NCBI GenBank assembly: GCA_010093745.1
Contig: MU006026.1
Location: 1-64,000 of the forward strand
Direction of reading: 5' to 3'
Source of the DNA: Piedraia hortae CBS 480.64
Taxonomy: Eukaryota
Length of the DNA: 64,000 nucleotides
Made by a program: the position numbers and the translations under genes. Shown piece after piece: positions 55,500 through 64,000 of the stretch; positions within the stretch are counted from its first letter, which is position 1; every line of letters begins with the position of its first letter. The notes beneath the pieces are model-generated. The model ran no database searches and was not told the origin of the DNA. It saw nothing but the letters and a program-made list of their open reading frames with translations.

Positions 55500-56865
55500 A
55501 AATATCTTTGATGACCATTTGAAATTTTGAAGCACAAGACTTTCCAGCTTAGGTGCTTGGCTGCGGACAATACTGTACAAGTCCCTACCGGAACTTCGGC
55601 ATTCAAGAGGCACCGGAGGACCATTTTCGACACTGCATTCCCCGTTAGCCGAGCTAGCGCCTAGGAAGAACCTGTAAACTTAGCGTTTGTCTTTAGGCGT
55701 TATATCAAGTCGAAGCAAACTTGGGACAAGCAAGTGCTCTTTCTCCAGTATTCGGAGGTTAAAGCACCCAACTATAGAGCAGGAGGTCAACAAGGGACAA
55801 GACTTTCCCAGCTGTACCAGTGCGGTGGCGGTCAACCGATTTTGTACAGCCAGTGTCAGGTCTTGTAGGGCACGTAAGTTTGCGAACGTTTCCATGAAGG
55901 CCTCATACTCCCTTTCGGCGGCGATGGTATGTTGGGCACCACCCTCGTCAAACCCCAATTGTATATTTCAATATGGCATAACTTGTCTAGTTTACTGATG
56001 TTCATGATGTCCTGGCCCCGTATTTGAGTCCCTATAAAACCTAGCGTTAGCTCTTGAAGATAGCTCATGGTACTGAGTGTCCGAAAGACGGTAGCCAATA
56101 TTGATCCTTCCAGTTTTAATCTCGGGATTTGCAAGCTGGTCCCGAAGACAAGATCCAGGTTTGAGATTGGATCAAAGCATTCGTCCAATTCAGCAAGGTT
56201 TGCAAATGCTGCTGGAGAAAGTTGCAGAAAGAGTCGAATTTTAACGGGGGTAGAAGACGAAGACGTCGGATGCTGCATTTCTGTACCAAGAGGACCAGGA
56301 TGTTATTATAGACAGGCCTCCTAGCATAAATAGAACAACGAATGTCCAGGTTTCCAAGTAGGTCAATTGGGCCAGAAAGTTCAACAAGTGGCCGTCGTCC
56401 CACGACTTATCACATAAAACAAGGAGAGGTCCTTGTTCATGCAACATTGATCAGAAATCGATCGCAACAGAGATAACAAAAACTTCCTTCCCTTCAGGGT
56501 CAATTTTTCCACGCTTTATTGGAGGTGATTGCCAGGCATCGTTAGCGAGGCATTCCAGGAACCAAATTTAAGTGTTAGCTGCTTTAGACGAGGAAATAAA
56601 AACTCTAAAGTTCTTTAAAGTTGAAAGTGTTGCACCCGGCCGCAATTAACGGACGCTGGATTTTCTTGGCGTAAAATTAATATCTCTCGGGCGAGGCTTG
56701 CACAAGCGTATAAGTGTCAGCACTATTCCATAAGAACTTCGTCCCTTTATCTGCACACCCTCTACTGACCTGTATAACAGTGCGCAGCCAATTTCATTCT
56801 AGCGAAATGCTCGGATTATCATGAAGTAAAGCTCGACGGTTATTCGAGGTAGAGAGAAATGTTCA
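55500..56865 (-). pseudogene. F-box / LRR paralogue, disrupted (copy B)
   Basis: Across frameshifts it reads LPRITVELYFMII, GTKFLWNSADTYTLV..FYAKKIQ, LQELTL and ALVQLGKSCPLLTSC, collinear with copy A. Confidence 0.65.
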
Positions 56866-57269
56866 GACACTGTGGTTGTCAAAGCGCAATCCAATGTATT
56901 CATATTCTGTACTCCTTGGCGCGGGATGAGTTGTGGCGTGTGATAAGATCAGGGGGGTGCTTGGAGTGGCGTGGGGGCCGAGGCTGTTTGAAGATTTGCG
57001 CTGTGGCGTTAGTAAGTTTTGTTGCTCGAGGGGATGGATGGATGGTGAGGTGTCAGTAGTTGGAAAGGCAATGTTGTTGGATGCAAAGGAGGAGGAATGG
57101 GAAGAGGGACGCGACTTGACCTACTAGTGCCGCAAGTGAGGGTGAGACTTCACCAGCTAGCGGATATATATTCAAGTCCGTGAATACTTCTCCTGGTTTA
57201 ATAGTTCTACTTAGTGCACAATGAATAACTCCTTCAAGTTCTAAATGTATCCTTATGTCTGAACGGTAG

Positions 57270-57690
57270 TTATCCAGAGACTGGTACTAACGCCCACGCA
57301 ACGCAATGTATTGGAGTATGCAGAAGAGCTTTCATTTCCGCGCCTTTGATGTTTGACAATTCGCTTCACCTTGGACCAATACTGGAAATTGAAAGGTACG
57401 GCTGCACATTTCCTTCGACCTAGTTTGACAACATTACACATACACGATGGGCTTGTCTTCCAACGTGTGATGAGTCACTTGCCAGCAAAATTCCCGGCTC
57501 TGAGACGGCCATCAGTCCGATATACTCCCGTGAAGTGGACAGCGGATCGATTGTACGAGGTACTGGATCGCAATCCTCATCTGCTATGCTTGACTCTTGG
57601 TTCATCTGGGAAAGAAGACAGCGGCAGACAGTCGAGTCTCTCCTTCAGTATGGTTTTGGGGTCTCGTGCAATCTGGAATCATTTGTGGTA
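57270..57690 (+). pseudogene. Internal fragment of the same F-box/LRR family (copy C)
   Basis: LVLTPTQRNVLEYAEELSFPRL*CLTIRF...AHFLRPSLTTLHIHDGLVF aligns with copy A LVLSDVERSVLEDV*ELSFQRLKCLTIH...AHLFQPSSTTLQTGNGFV. Confidence 0.7.
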
Positions 57691-58078
57691 ACAAGGAACG
57701 GTCATCTTGAAGGTCTTGTGGGCATTGTTACGTTTGATCCAGAAGCAGTGAAATTAGGATAGATCTTTATGTAGCTATGGAATGTCATCGCGGGGACCAT
57801 GTTAATCCGATTTGATGCATCCTATCTTGTTGTGCAAGCCGTCGCCGAGCGGTGTGACTTTCGGAGGTGAATTCACGCACAATCGTATTTAGACTCCCTC
57901 TATAACGGCCTTCCGGGGTTTAAGGCCCAGCAGCATGTGGTGCAGTTGTCAGCACAGTGTAAAATCAATTTCACGTCCGCTATATCCAGATTTGGTTCGC
58001 GTGCAATCGATCAAACGTTGTAACTACAGCTTCGCAGTATACTGGAGGTTCCCATGCCGCGTGATCAAAGACGCTTAA

Positions 58079-59570
58079 TTAATATTCTTCACTATCGCAA
58101 TATGCATTCTCCTGCACAGGTGGAGCAAGGCTGACCAAATCTGCAAGGTCACTGCCCTTTGTCACAATAAGGAATTTGAGTGACGACGTATGAGCATCCA
58201 TTATAGGTGTTATCTTGTTTGCCGTATGACGAATCGTCGCAGAACTGCTTAAGATATGAGCATTTGGGAACAAGTATTGAAGACAACTTACTTATCTGGC
58301 GGCTCTTCAAGAAAAACATTGCTTAGCCAGAGATTCTCAAGTTAGAAAAGATCACGCCGGGCTCAGCTTGCGGTTCGAGCAGTTCAAATGGTCCGCGAAG
58401 GCGACAACTTTTCAAGCCGGGACAATGTCTCCCCAGCATAGTCAACACATTTGTGGTCGAAGGGTTCTCGTTTAAGTAATCTTCTTCGCCGGTGACAACG
58501 TCTGAATTAAACTCAAGCGCCTGAGATCTGTTCATATTGGAGAAAAGAGTGGCATACGCGCCGTCGGCCTTAGCTAATTCGTAATTCCCACTCAACTTTA
58601 GACAACGCAGCATGCGTAGACTTGAGTTATTGATGGTGTCTTGTTGACTCAGCTTGACGCGAAAGTAGGAAAAAGTGATATTTAGGTCCTCCAAATGCTC
58701 ACATTGACTGATGGCATTGAGCAAAGCTGGCGAAGAGTATTTGATTCAAAGAACCAGGTCCCTTAATTGTTTCCCAATTTCCGAAAATACCGGCCCTAGT
58801 GAAGGGTCCACACATATCTCTAGCTTGTTCAAACCAACATCTCCTGCAGTTACACGAGTTCCTAAAGCCATACAGAAGCTGGGCATCCAACCTCTGATAT
58901 TGCCCTTAGGTTCTCCTATCCCAAGCGAACCGATTTTCAAGCGGTTAATTAAAGGATTGCTATCCAGTAGCTCGTACACTTGATCCGTTGTCCATCCCAA
59001 GGGAATTTCACAGGCTAATAGCCGCCTTAAAGTCGGACATTTGGTGGGAAGGTGTGTCAACAGAAGTTCCAAAACAAACCCATCATATACGTGCAATGTC
59101 CGTCAAACTGGGCCGAAGGAATTGCGCAGTCGTATCTTTCATTGTACTGAATGGTCAAACGTCGAAGGAGCGGAAATTAAATCTCTTCTACGCCTTTCAT
59201 GTCATTGCAATCCGCGTGGCTTAGTACTAACTTTCGGATAAGCGCTGCGTACTTTTGCCTCCGAGAAGTGCTGGGGATGCTGATAAGGCCGTACAGAGGC
59301 GCCTTGCACCCGATGATACGACTGGCGACTTTGGTCCATGTTTTGCAAACAAGTGTGTAAGGGACACTCCAGTTCCACTTCTCTACCTTCTGTAATCGAC
59401 GTTGCGTAATGCTAGCGTAAACCTCACCTCAGATCTCGGCAGGTTCTTGAAAATTTTGCGACAAGATCTCTGAAGGAAGTTTGAGGATAGACATGATGTT
59501 GATGGCAATCAGAGGATCGTTTGCTCCGTTGCGCAGGTAGCTGGGTTCGAAAGCCGCCACCAAAGGCTGA
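58079..59570 (-). pseudogene. F-box / LRR paralogue, disrupted (copy D, closest to copy A)
   Basis: LVAAFEPSYLRNGANDPLIAINIMSILKLPSEIL matches copy A LVAPFDPSYLRIGDDDSLTPVDIMPLIELPPDVL. It also has NVLTMLGRHCPGLKSCRLRGPFELL and shares the 3' intron position. Frameshifts throughout. Confidence 0.75.
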
Positions 59571-60623
59571 GATGACGGAACGTGGCATTTCGAAGTGAAT
59601 TCACGAACGGCAGCGTTAGATCACCTGTATCACGACCTTCCGAAGATCTACGGGTAAATGACGAAGGTGCGGTGTGAAATTGAGGTATTGTCTAAGGTAT
59701 TTCTATCTTTTGCGGTCGAGCGACGAGGAGCCGCTGTTAAACCTTTGTACTACATCACCTCTTCCAAGACACAGGAATGGCTGAAGCCATGATGCCTCAC
59801 TGGATACAGCGGAGTGCTCTCTAACAGCTACCGTGAGTCTTGCTAGCGCTGTGACTATACAGTGATTTTTTCCAGAATCATTACATTACGATAGAAACTG
59901 ATAGCCACGCTGATCAAGCGCTGTTTCAAACACGAACTTCCCCCATGGTACTCTAACGTAAACCCTCAAAGTCCTCATAACCAGACAGTTATGATACTAT
60001 AGAGCGCTTCCTTTATAGACTTAATTCCCGGAATACGACTAAGCTGAGCTGTGAGTTTGCCTTTGAGAGACAGCTTTACGGATATACAAGACCATGATCT
60101 CGAACGCCAAAGAAGACAGAACATCAGGGAATGTCCGAATGCATGGCAGTCCGAGATTATAGCAATTTTTGCCATGTGCGCCAAGCAGCGGCCTGTGCCC
60201 CCTCTAGACCCCATCTTTATCCAGGCCCCTTGAGCTTGTTCGGGATTAGCGTTGGTCTTCGGCTCAAGTCGTCATTGCGATCCCAGCGTGAATCTTTACC
60301 CTCGGAGGCCTGGAAGCTCGTCGTCATCTCACAGTTGTGGCAAAACGAACGTCCAGCCGGGTTGCCATCCCGGATTTAGAAATGCACTAATGCGTCCATC
60401 CGTCCCCACAATGGGACGAGCCGGGCCGCCCCCGCTTTCCGACGTCATGTTCACGCCAGATCGGAGGGAATTGCGCGCGTCGTTGTGTAGCTTGATGCTA
60501 CGCGCGGAGGGAAGTTTGGGAACTCTGAACGGACGTGTCTGTGGACCTTAACCCGAAAACTCAACTGTGCAACAACAACCGTTGCAGTTTCAACTTCAGC
60601 CGTAGCATGCGCAACCGTTCTGG

Positions 60624-63600
60624 ATGCCACTCAACCCACTTCTCCAGACTTTCTTCCGGAGCGCGCTGCCCGGCCAGTGTTCGCCCATCAACCACCATGT
60701 GATCCTTGTCCCGACGACCGACGTTATTCTCCATTCGCGCGATCGCGAGAGCAACACGAGCTATGCAGACTTGGCGGCCACCGAGGAGTTTCTGGCCAGT
60801 CATGTCTTGCGGGTTCCCGGAGGCACTGCATTGGGGAGTAGCGCAAAAGATGGAAGTAATATACGGGAAAACAAAAGCAAGGCAAAGCAATACTCGACTG
60901 TTAATGGGCGGACGGTCGTCATCAAGGACTCGTATGTCTACAGCAACAAGGGTTTCAAGAATCTGAACCAGGCGCAAATTCTGCAGGATGCCATTTACTA
61001 TCCGAATGTGGCCGACGGACAGCAGTGGCTCATATACTACATCTCGAAGCCACTGGTCGGCTCTTTCCTAGCCACTCCGGTCATCCCGGCGGTTCTTGAG
61101 GCGAAGCCGGAGATTGAGGCTCAGGAAGCAACCACTAATGAAGTAAATGCACTTGTTCTGGGGCGAAAGAAGGAGATCAAAACCTTTGGCGACTTGCTAT
61201 ATCAGTATCCCATGATCTTTCGGCAAATGCAAACGGGGCTGGATCAGGTTGTTAAGAATTTCCTGACAGTCCATGGCCAACCTCTGCAGGAGCGACGGTC
61301 TCGGCCGTCTTCAATCACCTCTCGCAAGACTAACCGTTCAGCGAGCAGTTCTAGAAGCTCTTTGGCGTCTTCAACGTCAGGAAATGGTCCAGTGTTCGCC
61401 ACGTCACTGGAACTGGAGCCAGAGGAAGAGGCAATGCGAAGTTCCTTGGAGCATGCCGTTTCCGCAGCTATTGCGTTGTTTCAGGGCGTTGACAAACGGC
61501 AGCTGTCACTCCTGAGCACGCACTCGGAGCTGACGGGCACAGCCGTAGAGCGTATGATTGAGCGCTACATTGTCGAGCAAGTGCATGACCAGGCGCCCTT
61601 TCCCCAAATATGTGCCGTTCACAAGGATGAAGACTCCGATCTCGATGCCAAACTGCACAAAATGCGGGCTGTTGACGTTGCACAAATCGGCATTCCAGTA
61701 GAAAACGGCATGAGGGGCAAGAGAGAGCTGGTGGCACGGTTAGCTAACGGAGTCGAAGTATTCAAGAAGATGACAGAGGCACGTAGTCCCGGCGCGATGC
61801 TAGACATCCTACTGGCAACGCAAAAAACCATCTCAGAGCAACCCACAGACTCGGGCTCATCAGATCAGTCTACACTTGCCGTAGCCGTCAATGCTGATGT
61901 CTTGGTATCAATGCTACTCGCTGTCGTGATAAGAAGCGGCGTGCGACATTTGCATTCACGCGAGGTGTATATGCGGTGCTTTGCTTTTACTGACGATGTG
62001 GAAACAGGCGAGCAGGGCTACGCCCTTGCAACTTTTGAAGCCGTGCTGGTCCATCTGGCACATGGCTCCTCTGCACTGCGGAAAGCCAGTCAGCGTAATA
62101 GGCTGCTATGGCAAGCTGCTAAGACGGGAGACATTCATGGCTTGCAAGCCGTGCTCCAACCCACGGTACAGCCTTCGGGAGAAGATTCCATTGCGGAGGC
62201 ACCATCGGGTGTGAATTTTTCTGATGAAGAGGCTGATCAGTCCCCAGACACTGTGCAGCCGGACCAGGGCGGGCCAGAGTTTGCCGCCGTTAACGGATCG
62301 CTGAACCACGTCTTTCCGTTCCAAAGACCACCAACTCCACCGCCAGATTGTAGGAGAAAATCCAAGAAGAGGGTTTCTCTGGCTGTGCTACCCAGAAGTC
62401 AATCTACTTCGTCAGTCGGTTCTTCTCGGTCACATTCACGCTCCAAGAGCATTGATTCAGCCGTCAGTAACAGCACGGGAGCCGGTGCAGGTGGCGATCT
62501 TTCAGCTGAAAAGCTTGCACAGACCCAAGATGCGAATGGAAGTTCTGTGCTCATGATGGCCGTGGATGGCGGTCATGCAAAAGCGCTCAAGTTCCTTCTA
62601 AGCCTCCCTGCGAAATTCCGTCTTGAATTTGTCCTAGACGACGTCAACAATGATGGGATTACGCTGCTAAGTGCGGCAGTTCAATCGGGTAACCGTGCAG
62701 TCACCTCAAAGCTGATCAACTATCTACAGACCAATGCATCAGAGGAGCAGCTTCAGCAATATCTTCGTATCCAGGATAATCAAGGTCGCTGCGTTGCACA
62801 CTACCTCTTCCACCAACCATGCCTGATACAACTCTTTGGCAAGAAGCTTCCTTGGAGGCTGAAAGATAAAAATGGGCAGACGCCGCTCTTTGCCCTGTGT
62901 CGGTCATACGACCACGGAGAGTACCAGACTATGGTCGAGACGGCCATGGCTCTGGCAGCTGAAGCTCAAGGTGACAATGAACCGCTACACCTCGACGAGC
63001 ATGTAGATGCAAAAGGGAATACACTGCTGCACATTGTGCATGACACAGCTCTGGTGCTTCGACTGTTGCGCGAGAGTGATGCAGATGTCAATGCGGCCAA
63101 TGATAGAGGGTTCACACCGCTGATGGTGGGCAGCAAGTATGGTCGAACCGACGTCGTGCAAGTGCTGTTTGGCGATCCCCGTGTGGACGTTACGCTGAAG
63201 GATGTCCGTGGGTTGTCAGCTGTTGACCTGGCGAAGGACGACGATGTACGCAACCGCATCGACGACCTTGTCTTGCTATCAACGCCAGGAAACAAAGACG
63301 GACGCACTACCACAATCGTGCGCTCATTCTTCGTTGAAGACGGCACTATCCGGTTGGTGATCAAGTCGGGAGCTCCGAACGAAAAAGGGAGAATCACGGT
63401 GTCGACCTGTAGACGCTCCGTTGCCGACTTTGAGAACCTGGCGTTGTGGTTATCAACTGAATGCCCGGCATCGTGGTTGCCTTCCAATTTTGCCTTCCAA
63501 TCCCCATTTCTGATCCCGTCTAAGCCATCGCGGGCGGTGATGCGCGATATTCAGATGCGATTAGACCGCTTCTTGAACCAATTGTTGTCCCATGGGACCT

Positions 63601-64000
63601 TTTCGACCCACGAGCTTGTGTGGGAGTTCTTCCTAGTGCCGGAGCTAGACCCTTCGATGTTGACCGAACGCACCAAAAGGAAAGCTGAGGTCCGCATTGA
63701 GAACCTTGCAGACGATTACGATCCGGTTTCGTTGGATGAAACAGCAGAGATTCAGAATTTTGTTGCCTATGCCAAGGATCAGGTGAAAGGAGTGGTTTGG
63801 GCTACCAAAAAGACAATTCGGACTGTAAACAGGCTCAGGATGCTGAACAATGACCTGTTCGAGGCACAGGAACTGGCCGCCAGCGCTATTGGAGACCTCC
63901 AATTCCTTCCGTCCAATTATCCTGTGGCTGTAATGCGCTACGGCAAGACGCTAATGCCGAGCGAGGCGTCGTCGAATACCACACTGTACTACGCACTACA
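60624..64000 (+). CDS. VRL1: VPS9-ankyrin-PX domain protein (Vrl1/UPF0507 family), 3'-truncated by window
   Basis: Open frame from ATG 60624: PLNPLLQTFFRS..HHVILVPTT, NGRTVVIKDSYVYSNKGFK, VPS9 NADVLVSMLL...GEQGYALATFEA, ankyrin repeats (GITLLSAA, GQTPLFALC, GNTLLH, GFTPLMV) and PX-like CRRSVADFENL..PASWLP. Confidence 0.9.
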   Translation, partial: MPLNPLLQTFFRSALPGQCSPINHHVILVPTTDVILHSRDRESNTSYADLAATEEFLASHVLRVPGGTALGSSAKDGSNIRENKSKAKQYSTVNGRTVVIKDSYVYSNKGFKNLNQAQILQDAIYYPNVADGQQWLIYYISKPLVGSFLATPVIPAVLEAKPEIEAQEATTNEVNALVLGRKKEIKTFGDLLYQYPMIFRQMQTGLDQVVKNFLTVHGQPLQERRSRPSSITSRKTNRSASSSRSSLASSTSGNGPVFATSLELEPEEEAMRSSLEHAVSAAIALFQGVDKRQLSLLSTHSELTGTAVERMIERYIVEQVHDQAPFPQICAVHKDEDSDLDAKLHKMRAVDVAQIGIPVENGMRGKRELVARLANGVEVFKKMTEARSPGAMLDILLATQKTISEQPTDSGSSDQSTLAVAVNADVLVSMLLAVVIRSGVRHLHSREVYMRCFAFTDDVETGEQGYALATFEAVLVHLAHGSSALRKASQRNRLLWQAAKTGDIHGLQAVLQPTVQPSGEDSIAEAPSGVNFSDEEADQSPDTVQPDQGGPEFAAVNGSLNHVFPFQRPPTPPPDCRRKSKKRVSLAVLPRSQSTSSVGSSRSHSRSKSIDSAVSNSTGAGAGGDLSAEKLAQTQDANGSSVLMMAVDGGHAKALKFLLSLPAKFRLEFVLDDVNNDGITLLSAAVQSGNRAVTSKLINYLQTNASEEQLQQYLRIQDNQGRCVAHYLFHQPCLIQLFGKKLPWRLKDKNGQTPLFALCRSYDHGEYQTMVETAMALAAEAQGDNEPLHLDEHVDAKGNTLLHIVHDTALVLRLLRESDADVNAANDRGFTPLMVGSKYGRTDVVQVLFGDPRVDVTLKDVRGLSAVDLAKDDDVRNRIDDLVLLSTPGNKDGRTTTIVRSFFVEDGTIRLVIKSGAPNEKGRITVSTCRRSVADFENLALWLSTECPASWLPSNFAFQSPFLIPSKPSRAVMRDIQMRLDRFLNQLLSHGTFSTHELVWEFFLVPELDPSMLTERTKRKAEVRIENLADDYDPVSLDETAEIQNFVAYAKDQVKGVVWATKKTIRTVNRLRMLNNDLFEAQELAASAIGDLQFLPSNYPVAVMRYGKTLMPSEASSNTTLYYAL

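Noticed and set aside
59544..59562. tRNA-like GGTTCGAAA...CCA (also a TTCGA motif at about 24013)
   Set aside because: No T-stem, D-arm or acceptor pairing. The 59.5-kb instance is the reverse strand of the F-box pseudogene 5' region.

Overview
This is fungal (Pezizomycotina-type, probably Dothideomycete) nuclear DNA from a compact genome with very short introns (mostly 42-57 nt). Blocks of tightly packed core genes (DNA2, S53 sedolisin, ODC carrier, NPR3; DAK1; CUS2, CLF1, a membrane protein, IEC1-like zinc finger; a large K/E-rich gene, RAD51, NUP120; VRL1-like VPS9-ankyrin-PX gene running off the right end) alternate with decayed accessory blocks. Those contain retrotransposon gag relics, a TIR element, a CACTA-like transposase relic, four disrupted F-box/LRR paralogues, a degenerate tandem duplication of the NPR3 3' end, and one intact bacterial-type clan GH-A hydrolase. 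Most interesting: (1) a non-coding locus at 42.0-43.3 kb with an intron-hosted box C/D RNA whose guides match U2 snRNA (A30 equivalent) and 5.8S rRNA (G75 equivalent), followed by a ~1 kb highly self-paired RNA ending in H-box/hairpin/ACA hallmarks; (2) repeated sharp C/A-rich to G/T-rich strand-skew switches inside genes, several at core/accessory borders; (3) a candidate horizontally acquired secreted glycoside hydrolase. All calls come from reading motifs by eye; no searches or folding programs were run.
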